Shown piece after piece: positions 7,523-16,882 of a DNA stretch of 64,000 nt. The stretch is from an uncultured virus (IMG/VR IMGVR_UViG_3300020044_003647) (lineage: Duplodnaviria; Heunggongvirae; Uroviricota; Caudoviricetes): IMG/VR virus record IMGVR_UViG_3300020044_003647. One strand, given 5' to 3'. The position numbers and the translations under genes are program-made. The first letter of the stretch is position 1. The number at the start of each line of letters is the position of its first letter. The notes beneath the pieces were generated by a model. It was not told where the DNA came from. It did not search any database and was given only the letters and a program-made list of their open reading frames with translations.

Positions 7523-7972
7523 CTATGCAAAATACAAATTCGCCTCTTTTGTGCGTCGTTTGGTCAGTCCGTTGTTTACCACACCACCAGCTTTATTCCA
7601 AATTAAGAATGAATTTCTAATTGTCGGATCGCTTGGATTTGCATTTACTTTTTTCAATAATGAACTTTTAGCAAGACCATTTAAGCCGATATTATAAGCT
7701 AGAGATACAATAGCATTGAACTGGTTTTGATTAATATTTGCTTTAATCATTTTATCTACATCGACTGCAAATTTATCGGATATTTCTTTTAACATCCATT
7801 TAGCAGTAGCCAAACTAATTGGAGGGTCTTGTAGCGTTACTTTTTTTAAACTAGGGTAAAATGTCGCTCCGTACCCTATTGTCGCAACTCCAGCACTACA
7901 TTTATAAGGAACTAAAGATAAACCCTCAAACTCTTGCAACAATTTATACCCGCTCTCATCTAGCTTGTTCAT
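7523..7972 (-). CDS. Endolysin, GH24 phage lysozyme
   Basis: FEG...Y.CSAGVATIGYG, QNQFNAIVSLAYNIG and GLTKRR..E motifs. Confidence 0.9.
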   Translation of the reverse strand: MNKLDESGYKLLQEFEGLSLVPYKCSAGVATIGYGATFYPSLKKVTLQDPPISLATAKWMLKEISDKFAVDVDKMIKANINQNQFNAIVSLAYNIGLNGLAKSSLLKKVNANPSDPTIRNSFLIWNKAGGVVNNGLTKRRTKEANLYFA

Positions 7973-8361
7973 TTTGCTGACTTTTTATGATTATCAAAAT
8001 CTGTTTTTAATTTTGCGTAAAGTCCTTTTAAACTTTCGTGGTCTTTAGCTAGTTCGTTGTATTTATCGGTTAATTGTCTATGCAATTTTTCCCAATTTTG
8101 AGACTTCTCTACCTCTTTTGCATAACTCATTTGAATATTATTAAAGTCTGTTTGTAAAGTAAGATTATGTTTTTTCATTTCAACAACTTCTTGCATAACC
8201 TCATCCATTCGATTTTTATAAACAGTTAAAAAGTCATCATACATTATTTTCATTGTAGAAACTGCATCTTGCCTTTGTTTGGCTCTACCTCCAAAAAACC
8301 AAGCTACTGGCGCAGCTAATGTTGCTATAATAGTTTGCCAATATTCGTATAAAAAATTCAT
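7969..8361 (-). CDS. Putative holin-like membrane / coiled-coil protein
   Basis: N-terminal hydrophobic segment and coiled coil; overlaps the endolysin start. Confidence 0.5.
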   Translation of the reverse strand: MNFLYEYWQTIIATLAAPVAWFFGGRAKQRQDAVSTMKIMYDDFLTVYKNRMDEVMQEVVEMKKHNLTLQTDFNNIQMSYAKEVEKSQNWEKLHRQLTDKYNELAKDHESLKGLYAKLKTDFDNHKKSAK

Positions 8362-8362
8362 A

Positions 8363-8620
8363 TTATGTCGTTAAAAGTGTTTCTAATAAATCCGTTTTCT
8401 CTTGCTCACTTAATGTTTCAACTTGCTTCGTCAATAAGTCAATAACTATTTCGTTTACATTTGAACTCTCGTTAATTGGAATTTCATAGTCAGTATCTAA
8501 TAACTCGCCATCGGCTTGTAAATACGCTAAATATGCGTTGTATTGCGCTGTTCCCTCTTGCATTATTACAAGATTGTTATTTGCATCAAAGATTTGGTAT
8601 TTTGAATTTTTATAGTACAT
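8363..8620 (-). CDS. Small protein downstream of the tail fibre (possible fibre chaperone)
   Basis: Position; close homologue at 41404..41661. Confidence 0.5.
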   Translation of the reverse strand: MYYKNSKYQIFDANNNLVIMQEGTAQYNAYLAYLQADGELLDTDYEIPINESSNVNEIVIDLLTKQVETLSEQEKTDLLETLLTT

Positions 8621-8622
8621 AA

Positions 8623-11091
8623 TTATTGATTTTTAAATGAACCTATACCGCCACCATCTAAGTAACTAGCTACGGCAGCAGTAGCGTTATTAGTTATAAA
8701 CGTAAAAAGTTGAATTACACCAGTTGCATAGTTTGGAATGTTTGTACTTGTAGTTACGGATGTTGATATACTTGCTCCTGTTGCAACCGTTACACGCTCA
8801 ACGGTTATAATATAACTCGTTGTTGTTTGCTCGATTGTAATGTAGTAATTATATTGTGAATCATTACAAGGATATGAACTTCCTAAATCCGATGTTGTAG
8901 CAGTTCCACTTGCATCGTTGTAAACAATATGCATATTTGTAGAAGTTGACAACTGACAAACTCCAACAATATCAGTTAGCGTGTTTGGCTCAACATTTGT
9001 TGCTATTGCAAACTGATTACCTTTTGAAATTCCACAGAAAAAACGTTGTCCTGATACGTTTGAGTTGAATTGTATTTTTCTTGTAAACTTACACTCGTAA
9101 CCTTGTAACTGTAAATCATTATTTTGTCGCATTGAAGCTATTGTTCCAGCGGTTGCAGTAGTATTAAAAGATAGCATTCCCCTTGTTATAACTCCGTTTA
9201 ATAAAAGAATAAAAGCAGTAGATGAAATCCTTTCAGAATATCCAAACCCATAAGAACCTCCAGCGGTTACGCCACTAGGTAAAAACCAAAAGTAATTATT
9301 TCTTAAAATACCTGTATCTAGTGTATCAGCTAATAAAGTAGATGTATTTTGTTTTAAAGCCAATCCCGTATTAACCGCATTTACAGTAGGAAATTTTGTC
9401 GCACTTGCTGTTAAGTCTGTTTGTTTGTTTGATGTATCTTCTTTGCTTGCTGCTAAACCGCTATATAAGCTATTTACTGCATTATCTCCGCTATTTGTAC
9501 CGCTAGTGTTACCGATAACTGTTTGTTGCGCATCTGTAACATAACGCTTATTTAAACTATCAGCTATATCAGCAGTTGTAACGCTTTTATTTTTCCAAAG
9601 TGATGTTGCGCTATCAAAAGATAATAATTGATTATTTGTAGGCGCATTTGTAATTAAATCCACATCGTGAATCTCTTTTAATTCAAAACCGTTTTGAACT
9701 TTTACAAAAATTTCTCCGTTTCCTGAACTTACTTTAGTGACTATTCCAATAAAAACCAAGTGTGCTGGTGCATAAGGTTTGTTAGCAAGTCCATATATCA
9801 ATGCTCCATTAACACCTAACCAAACTGGATCTCCAGCGGTTGCAGTTGCAGTATTTAAACCCTCTAGTAAACCCTCTGTAATTACAAATCCAGTTTGAGT
9901 GCCACCCGTTGTAGTAATATTGGATTGCATTAAACCCATTGTTTTACTAGAAGTAGCTTCGGTTGCGTTACTAGCTTTTCCAACTAGCATATTTGTGCCA
10001 TTTGAACCCGTAACATAAACAGCAGTACCTTTTGTGATTAAAGCAGTACCATCATTTTTTACCGTATGCTTAACAACAGAAGTCCAATCAGCATAATTCT
10101 CTTGCCAAGTTGCGTTATAATCTGTTGCATCAACCTTTGTTAGTATTTGCCCCGCAGTTCCTCCAGTTGGTAGTCCGTTTGAAGCTGGTGGAATATCTAA
10201 TGCAGTAATAAAAGGATTTATACCATCTGCGCCATCATTAGTTAAGTCAGATGTTTTTTTAGGACTTCTATCAACTTGTAAAAACCAAATGCCACTAGCT
10301 AACTTTTTAAACTCTATATTGTCGCCTCTGTAAAGATTAGCAGTTGTTATTGGCGTTTCTATATCAACCCCTAAATTAGACCTTACATCGGTGCTAACTG
10401 CTTCAAAAACACAGTCGCATTGTATTTTAATTGGAATACTAGAATGTTCTAAAAATGTATCTGTTGAATCATCTAGGGTAATTGTACCCGTTGATGGAAC
10501 ATATAAAAGCCATTCTTTATTGTCTGTTGGTAGTAAAGTATAATCACCGCTTATTTCTTTGTAAACCCTATCCCCTTGCTCTAATACTTGCCCTAGATTT
10601 GGAAAATTTAATACTTGCTCCCAAACTGCTGCGCCTGTACTTGCATCTAAACATTTGTAAGTAGTCCCATCATCTAAAGTCCAAAGTGAATCAACTTTAA
10701 ATCTTAAAGTAACATCAAAGCTAGAATCTGGAACTACATCAAAGCAATTTGTTGAGTGTCTTATAAATCCGTTATTGTCAAATACGTGTCTTATTCCACT
10801 TTGCCAGTTGTCCTCGTATCCTACCGAACAAATGCGGGATGTACCACCGTCGCCACCAAAGTCGTAAGTTCCTTTTTTAAGTGATGAACCGTTTTCTAAT
10901 TCAATAGCGTCGGCATTGTTAATCAATGGATTTGTGCCACCCGTATTTCTTCCAAGTGCTAATGTTTGTGCAAAAGTTTGAGTTCCACCGCCACCTCCAC
11001 TTGTGCGAGTTACATTAACTTCAATAATATTAGGGTTTACCGTAATATCTACCAAATCAATCGTTTCGTTAATCGTTATATCTACTGCCAT
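8623..11091 (-). CDS. Tail fibre / receptor-binding protein
   Basis: Gly/Thr-rich modular protein with GLPTGGTAGQILTK and related fibre motifs; position before lysis genes. Confidence 0.7.
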   Translation of the reverse strand: MAVDITINETIDLVDITVNPNIIEVNVTRTSGGGGGTQTFAQTLALGRNTGGTNPLINNADAIELENGSSLKKGTYDFGGDGGTSRICSVGYEDNWQSGIRHVFDNNGFIRHSTNCFDVVPDSSFDVTLRFKVDSLWTLDDGTTYKCLDASTGAAVWEQVLNFPNLGQVLEQGDRVYKEISGDYTLLPTDNKEWLLYVPSTGTITLDDSTDTFLEHSSIPIKIQCDCVFEAVSTDVRSNLGVDIETPITTANLYRGDNIEFKKLASGIWFLQVDRSPKKTSDLTNDGADGINPFITALDIPPASNGLPTGGTAGQILTKVDATDYNATWQENYADWTSVVKHTVKNDGTALITKGTAVYVTGSNGTNMLVGKASNATEATSSKTMGLMQSNITTTGGTQTGFVITEGLLEGLNTATATAGDPVWLGVNGALIYGLANKPYAPAHLVFIGIVTKVSSGNGEIFVKVQNGFELKEIHDVDLITNAPTNNQLLSFDSATSLWKNKSVTTADIADSLNKRYVTDAQQTVIGNTSGTNSGDNAVNSLYSGLAASKEDTSNKQTDLTASATKFPTVNAVNTGLALKQNTSTLLADTLDTGILRNNYFWFLPSGVTAGGSYGFGYSERISSTAFILLLNGVITRGMLSFNTTATAGTIASMRQNNDLQLQGYECKFTRKIQFNSNVSGQRFFCGISKGNQFAIATNVEPNTLTDIVGVCQLSTSTNMHIVYNDASGTATTSDLGSSYPCNDSQYNYYITIEQTTTSYIITVERVTVATGASISTSVTTSTNIPNYATGVIQLFTFITNNATAAVASYLDGGGIGSFKNQ

Positions 11092-11411
11092 TATCTTGAA
11101 ATATCATCGTTAATAATAAACAATCCACTAATCCACGTAACAACCGTATCATCCGCTAAAGTAATCTGAATGTCATATTGATAAGTACACGCAGGAATAT
11201 TGATAATTTGCTCATCGATTTGAAAGTCGCCACCAACCGCATCGGTAATAGTTAAATCGGGAGTTAAAGCAATAACGCCTCCCGCCTCTTTTCTTAACTG
11301 CATCAAAATAACTGCACCAGTCAAATCTAAATCAACATTATTTACTTTTATGTTTATCGGTGTTTGGTAAAATGTATCCCCTCGTTTGTGCGTGAAATTT
11401 ACTGTTCTCAT
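11091..11411 (-). CDS. BppU-N-like baseplate / fibre adaptor
   Basis: RGDTF..DLTG..MQLR..YQYDIQ pattern; precedes the fibre gene. Confidence 0.5.
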   Translation of the reverse strand: MRTVNFTHKRGDTFYQTPINIKVNNVDLDLTGAVILMQLRKEAGGVIALTPDLTITDAVGGDFQIDEQIINIPACTYQYDIQITLADDTVVTWISGLFIINDDISR

Positions 11412-11473
11412 TGCTTAAATACTTTTCTAGTTTTTTTATATTGTCCTCTGTTCGCTTGTCAACTTTTCTCATT

Positions 11474-11992
11474 CTAAAAATAGTTGTTATTTGGATCTAA
11501 AAAGTACCATCGGTTCAATATACTACTTTTATTGTAAACGGGCGGCACGATTTGACTGTCTGCGCTTAAATATTCTGGCAATTCGTTTAGCATTAACCAA
11601 CGCTCTAAACGCCCTTGATACATTTCAGCCTTATGCCTTTGATTATTTACTAGATAATCAACTTCGGTTTTATCAACTGCCGCTGTGTTTTCTGGTTGTG
11701 TTTTATAAATACCATTGTTAGTAATCTTGTAAGCACCCACTAAAAGATATTCTACTGCGCTTTGATGAATCAAAAAAGGTTTAATGTAATCATCGAACAA
11801 AGTAAGATATAAACCGCTTAAATCGTCGTTTCCAAAGTCAACATCAATTTTATTAAATAGTGTTTCCCCTAGAATTTCCTCTAGCTTTGTTCGTTGTGCA
11901 TCTGCTATGCAAGGGATGTATAAATCAATATCTATATTGCCACCTAGTAAGGTGTTTTTCGTGAGTTCGTTTTCTCTTAACCAAATATTCAT
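11474..11992 (-). CDS. Putative head-tail adaptor
   Basis: Follows the portal gene; homologue at 44530..45030. Confidence 0.5.
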   Translation of the reverse strand: MNIWLRENELTKNTLLGGNIDIDLYIPCIADAQRTKLEEILGETLFNKIDVDFGNDDLSGLYLTLFDDYIKPFLIHQSAVEYLLVGAYKITNNGIYKTQPENTAAVDKTEVDYLVNNQRHKAEMYQGRLERWLMLNELPEYLSADSQIVPPVYNKSSILNRWYFLDPNNNYF

Positions 11993-12010
11993 AATACTTT
12001 TTTTTGTAGG

Positions 12011-13744
12011 TTACATATCGTGAGGAGCGATATAGGCTTTTGATTCACTTGGTTTTAATACTGGTAAAATTTCGCCCTCTTTTCTCGCTTTTGCAGGTGT
12101 AATAATTTCAGCAAGAGGATTGTTTACATCCGCTCGTAATCTGTACGTTTCACGTACCCAAAAGTGCTTACAAGTTCCAAAAGGAAACGCATCTGAAAGC
12201 AAGCCGCCACCTTTCCAAAGAAATATATCATAAGGTTTATTTGGGTTTGGTCGCATTCCGAATCCCGGATTAACATTTCGTTTACTCATCATTTCAATAT
12301 CTTCTTTTCGATAAACTTTGTTTGCGCTCATCATCGCTTTACAAAACTCTCTTTCTGGGTTTGGATTTCCGCTATATCTATATCGGCTTTTAAATAGAAC
12401 TCCATCTTGATTGCTTCTTGCGTTTGGTTTTGCAGTTCCAGTCTTTACATCTGCTAAAGCAACGTTCATTAATTTAATAGTTGTAGAGTTTAACCTTTCC
12501 AACTCCGCATCTCTCTCCTCTTCTTTATCGTAGTCAACTGGCTCGGCACTAACCAACTCCCACTCGTTTAAATCTATTTCCTCTCCTAAGTCTGAAAAGT
12601 CATCCGCAGCCATTTGTATTGGCGTTACTATTGTTTCTGTTACCGTTGGCTCTTCACTTCTCAAACTTAAAAATTGTAAATCTAAACTAATTCCGTTTGC
12701 CTTTAGTATTTCCATTAAACCATCCAAAATAATTTCTTGTTTTGGTGTAATTACGTTAATCATTAATTCAGCAAATCCAACTTTTATTTCATCGGCATTT
12801 GAACTGAATCCGCTTGCCTCTTTAATACCTACCAACATCGGCGAAGTAAGTTTGTGAGCGGTGCAAAGTTGTTGCCTAGCTTCAGCGCTTAGATATTCAT
12901 ATTGTTTGTGCGCCTCGCTAACATCCAAAGCTGTAATTGTAATCTCACTTTCTTTATTATCGTTCCAATTTAAAAAGAAATTCCCAGCTTTATTTGATCC
13001 CGTTAAATTCTCACGAATCCTGCGAGTAGTTTCCATTATTTCAATCTCACTCGCTTGTACTCCAGCGTTCATATTTATAATATACCCAAAAGATAAACCG
13101 TTTTGAATATGCTTAATACAATAGTTTTGAAATTCCTCCTCAAACTTCGCCCAAGATAACCCACTTACATAACTAGGGTTTGAATAATAAAATTGTCCTA
13201 CTTGGTAATCTTTGATAATGTAAATTTCAGACCGCTCTCCGCCACCGCTTCCAAATCCAAAAGCATCATATCTTTCGGGTTTGTATTTTTGAACATTTGA
13301 AAAATCATAAGAATACCAATATCCCGTAATATCGCCATCCTCATTGGCTACTTCGGGAGCAACTCTCTCCTTTGCGATGTGGTAAACTTTTTTTACTTCG
13401 TTATTCAAATATTTCACTTCAACCGAAGCCTCGCCAAACATTTCAAAATCTTTACAAATTTTTCTTAATTCCTTTTTATCAAAGATGGTATTTAATGCGC
13501 TCCACTCCTTTGGTTTGGTTAACTTCTCGTTGGAGTTAATCCCTTTACCATAAATGAAATTAGCGTAACTATCAATTATAGCACTATTTGTAGTTGATCC
13601 GTTGTAAGCATCAATAATCGTTTTGTAAAATTCATTATTTCTGCCGTTCAATACCCACTTTTTACCCTGAACTTCCTTAATTTCTGGGCGAATGTAGTTG
13701 CTTAATTGAATATCAAATACTCTTTGCGTTGGTTTATCGTACAT
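12011..13744 (-). CDS. Portal protein with C-terminal extension
   Basis: Size; IIDAYNGSTTNSAII and AHKLTSPML motifs; C-terminal REFC..KGG..CKHFW domain. Confidence 0.75.
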   Translation of the reverse strand: MYDKPTQRVFDIQLSNYIRPEIKEVQGKKWVLNGRNNEFYKTIIDAYNGSTTNSAIIDSYANFIYGKGINSNEKLTKPKEWSALNTIFDKKELRKICKDFEMFGEASVEVKYLNNEVKKVYHIAKERVAPEVANEDGDITGYWYSYDFSNVQKYKPERYDAFGFGSGGGERSEIYIIKDYQVGQFYYSNPSYVSGLSWAKFEEEFQNYCIKHIQNGLSFGYIINMNAGVQASEIEIMETTRRIRENLTGSNKAGNFFLNWNDNKESEITITALDVSEAHKQYEYLSAEARQQLCTAHKLTSPMLVGIKEASGFSSNADEIKVGFAELMINVITPKQEIILDGLMEILKANGISLDLQFLSLRSEEPTVTETIVTPIQMAADDFSDLGEEIDLNEWELVSAEPVDYDKEEERDAELERLNSTTIKLMNVALADVKTGTAKPNARSNQDGVLFKSRYRYSGNPNPEREFCKAMMSANKVYRKEDIEMMSKRNVNPGFGMRPNPNKPYDIFLWKGGGLLSDAFPFGTCKHFWVRETYRLRADVNNPLAEIITPAKARKEGEILPVLKPSESKAYIAPHDM

Positions 13745-13746
13745 AA

Positions 13747-14055
13747 TTATACTTTTAATATGCCATTATTCATTTCGTAGTTTTCTAAATCTGTTTGAGC
13801 AGTACAATAAGCCTTACCTCTGTACGTAATTGCGTCATTTTCGAGTATTGTACACTCAAAACTTTGCCCCTCGATGGTTTGAAAATCCGAAAATATGATT
13901 ATTAATTGAAAATTTTGGTAAAAAACATTATCATATTCAATAGAATAGGTAATATTTTTGAGTTCATCACGTAAATTAAACACAATTTCCCCACCATTAT
14001 AGTAAGATGGGATGCATCTGAACGTGTGATTTGTTGCTACATTAAAGACTATCAT
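13747..14055 (-). CDS. Hypothetical structural-module protein
   Basis: Positional homologue 46752..47093. Confidence 0.65.
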   Translation of the reverse strand: MIVFNVATNHTFRCIPSYYNGGEIVFNLRDELKNITYSIEYDNVFYQNFQLIIIFSDFQTIEGQSFECTILENDAITYRGKAYCTAQTDLENYEMNNGILKV

Positions 14056-14085
14056 ATTTATAAGACTAAAATAAAGTGATTTGTA
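14056..14085 (-). promoter_or_regulatory. Copy A late-promoter motif ACAAA-N10-TTAGT-N9-ATG
   Basis: Same spacing repeated upstream of 16844 and 24178. Confidence 0.6.
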
Positions 14086-14087
14086 AC

Positions 14088-14114
14088 AAAAAACCCATCA
14101 ATTAAGATGGGTTT
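14088..14114 (-). terminator. Intrinsic terminator after the major tail gene
   Basis: AAACCCATC-ttaatt-GATGGGTTTTTT on the minus strand. Confidence 0.75.
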
Positions 14115-14135
14115 AAGTAGTAGGTAAGCTAAAAT

Positions 14136-14666
14136 TTAAGAAACAACATCCTCAGAAACCAAAGTTGCTAATTCTGTTTTGGTTGTGTTATCTAAAAATG
14201 GAGATAATCCTCCCTCTTCTGCTGTGATTGTCAAAGTGTAACCTGATAAATCTCCACCCGCTGCTCCTGTTACTTTTGTACAGTTACTCATCGTTCCGTT
14301 GGTCAATCCAACTAGATGAATATTACCGTTATAATCTTCAACAAATACAAAAGGTCTGCCTTGACAAATTAATTGTACTTGCGCTTGTAAGTCTGTTGCC
14401 AATTTTGGAAGTGTAACCGCCAAAGATTGAGCAACTAAATAAGTTCCGTTATCTTCCGAACTTGTACCGGTTTCTGTTAGTGCGTTTGTAGTTGCTTTTA
14501 CTTCGTATTTAAAAACTTCTGTTAAAGTTCCCAAATCGGTAACCGCTTGCGCTGCTACTACGAATCCATAATTATCGTAATTTGCAAAGTAAAGGTTTTT
14601 AATACCTCCTCTTTGGTTTTTACAATTATTTAAAAGCCTCCCCGCTGTGATAGGACAATATGCCAT
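14136..14666 (-). CDS. Putative major tail tube protein
   Basis: C..GGIK.LYF and VEDYNGN..LVG motifs; follows the capsid gene; homologue 47183..47710. Confidence 0.6.
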   Translation of the reverse strand: MAYCPITAGRLLNNCKNQRGGIKNLYFANYDNYGFVVAAQAVTDLGTLTEVFKYEVKATTNALTETGTSSEDNGTYLVAQSLAVTLPKLATDLQAQVQLICQGRPFVFVEDYNGNIHLVGLTNGTMSNCTKVTGAAGGDLSGYTLTITAEEGGLSPFLDNTTKTELATLVSEDVVS

Positions 14667-14716
14667 AATAATTTAATTTAAAATAAGGGCGGAAACTAAT
14701 CCGCCCTAGTTACTTC

Positions 14717-15736
14717 TTATCCTCCGTAAAGTACTCCTTTTGTAGCTTGACCTACATTCGCTGCCAATGTGTAGATTGAACGTACAAATTGAACATCGCC
14801 ATCGTTAACCAATTTACCTACTTCAAATCTGTTTACATCATCAAGTAAATCAGTGTTCCAAGATACTGCCGCTTTTCTTTGAGCGTAAGCCATCAAAGCA
14901 TTTGGTGCAGGAACGAATAATAACTCGATTCCGTTGTAAAATACTTGAGAATTGTTAAAGTTATCTCCAGTGATTACAAAGTTGATTTGTTGAGCAGCAC
15001 CAACCGCATTGTTAGCGTTGTAGCATAATTGCTTCCAAGAACGTGGGCAGTAAATAACTGTTGGAGAAACTGTATCGAGTAAGTTTTCCGCAGGTATTGC
15101 TTGAAAAATTTTGCTCACTTCGCCCGCTATATTGGCCGCTGTAACCGTTGTTCCGATAACTTTGATATAACCTCCCAATGCAGCGTTATCGTAAAGTGCT
15201 TTTGCAAAAACTCCATCAACAAGTCCCGGAGTTAATGCAGCAACCGCAGTTTTTGTAGCAGCAGTGATCGAACCTTGTGCGTTACCCGCAGTTAAGGCAG
15301 CAATAGCCGTTTGCGTTGCAGCAGTCATACCACCCCAAAAGATTGATTCAGCATCTTGTGAAACGTTTGGCCCAACCATAGCTAATACAGTTGAAGCAAA
15401 CTCGCTTGATTCAATGTTAAAAGCACCCGGATTCATTGTTCTGTTAAATCTAGAAGTACGTAAAGCCTCTTGTAAGAATGTTTGTTTATACTCTAGTTTT
15501 GTAGGTGTGATTGTACGGTCTGTAATGTTGATTGATCCGCTTGAACTCAAAGCACTACCCGTATAAAGTTGTGCTGTTACATCAACACCTGCTTCGGTAA
15601 AAATTGTACCAGCTTTGATGTTGTCGTTAAATGTTACGTATCCATCGCCAATGGTTTTATTAGCGAATAATACTTCTTCTAGGATTGGTTCTACTGCAAC
15701 CCCTCTAATGTCTACTGGTGTATAGCTTATTGCCAT
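14717..15736 (-). CDS. Major capsid protein
   Basis: 339 aa; follows protease/scaffold; ITDRTITPTKL resembles LTERILEPKEL of 47776..48732. Confidence 0.7.
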   Translation of the reverse strand: MAISYTPVDIRGVAVEPILEEVLFANKTIGDGYVTFNDNIKAGTIFTEAGVDVTAQLYTGSALSSSGSINITDRTITPTKLEYKQTFLQEALRTSRFNRTMNPGAFNIESSEFASTVLAMVGPNVSQDAESIFWGGMTAATQTAIAALTAGNAQGSITAATKTAVAALTPGLVDGVFAKALYDNAALGGYIKVIGTTVTAANIAGEVSKIFQAIPAENLLDTVSPTVIYCPRSWKQLCYNANNAVGAAQQINFVITGDNFNNSQVFYNGIELLFVPAPNALMAYAQRKAAVSWNTDLLDDVNRFEVGKLVNDGDVQFVRSIYTLAANVGQATKGVLYGG

Positions 15737-15755
15737 TTTTTTTAGTTTTTAGTTG

Positions 15756-16844
15756 TTATTTTAATGATTTTTTGATTTCTCTGTGTCGCTCCAAAGCTGT
15801 CATTTGCTCGAATGGCTTTGATTCTTTTACCTCTGGTTTAGCTTTTGTGCTTGCGCTTAATTGAATTTCTTTAGCTTCTGAAATATCTGCTTTCAATTCA
15901 ACTTTTAGATCATTGATTTGTTTAGATACTTCGCTAGATAAATTCATCACAATGGTTTTAATTAACGCTTCAAATTTATCGTCGTTACTCATTTCCATCG
16001 GAACTTCTGCTGCTGGTTTAATTTCAGCAATCATACCCGCTTCTGTAATTACCAAGATGCTACCATCTTCCAATTCGTGTTCTCCAACAGGCGCAGGAGT
16101 AGTCGTGCCATCTTCAGCTACGATGTTTACTTCTTGACCTGCTTCAAAACTTGCCGCTTCTAAAACTGTAACGCCATCGTTAAGTTTCATCTGTGCTAGT
16201 TGCACTGCCACCACTTCTGGCGTTGGTTCATCTGCCGATAGTTTTATCGCAGCAAACCCCTCTTTAATTGCATTCGCAATCGCTTCTAGATTCATATAGT
16301 TACTATTTAAATTAATTTTCTCTAGTCCAAACTTTGTACCATCTATTGAAAAGCCTTTTACTTTACCCGTTTTAATGTAATCGTTCCAAACTTCGTCGTT
16401 ATTTATTTTCTGCATTGCAAACAATGTACCTACTGGTTGATTAAAACCGTATAGTACTGACTTATCGTGTACGTCATCTTCTTTTACCCACGTTTCAATA
16501 AATGTTACATCTTCAATGAATTGCCCGTCGTGTTCAATAGTAGAGTTATTTTGAAAACCGTTTTTTACAAATTTCTCTTGTATTCCTTTTATAGTTTCCG
16601 CTTCAAATGTTATGTTAAACGGTTCTCCTCCATCGGGATCATTTCTTAATATTAGTTGATTTGGTATTAATACTGGGCCAATTACTAATCTCTTTTCCTC
16701 GCTTACCGTTGCTAATTGTATTTCAGTTTCCTTTTCTGCTGAAAGAGAAATAAATAACTCTTTTGTGGCAGGATCATCTACAAGTGAAATAGCGTAAATT
16801 CCGCTTTCATCGTTTTCGTTTAATATTACCTTATACGTTTGCAT
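15756..16844 (-). CDS. Prohead protease (XkdF-like) fused to scaffold
   Basis: AISLVDDPA, EH and IKTGKVKGFSIDG motifs; acidic C-terminal half matches the separate gene 49189..49752. Confidence 0.75.
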   Translation of the reverse strand: MQTYKVILNENDESGIYAISLVDDPATKELFISLSAEKETEIQLATVSEEKRLVIGPVLIPNQLILRNDPDGGEPFNITFEAETIKGIQEKFVKNGFQNNSTIEHDGQFIEDVTFIETWVKEDDVHDKSVLYGFNQPVGTLFAMQKINNDEVWNDYIKTGKVKGFSIDGTKFGLEKINLNSNYMNLEAIANAIKEGFAAIKLSADEPTPEVVAVQLAQMKLNDGVTVLEAASFEAGQEVNIVAEDGTTTPAPVGEHELEDGSILVITEAGMIAEIKPAAEVPMEMSNDDKFEALIKTIVMNLSSEVSKQINDLKVELKADISEAKEIQLSASTKAKPEVKESKPFEQMTALERHREIKKSLK

Positions 16845-16882
16845 ACTCTTTTAACTAAATTAAATTTGTTTGTTATAAACTT

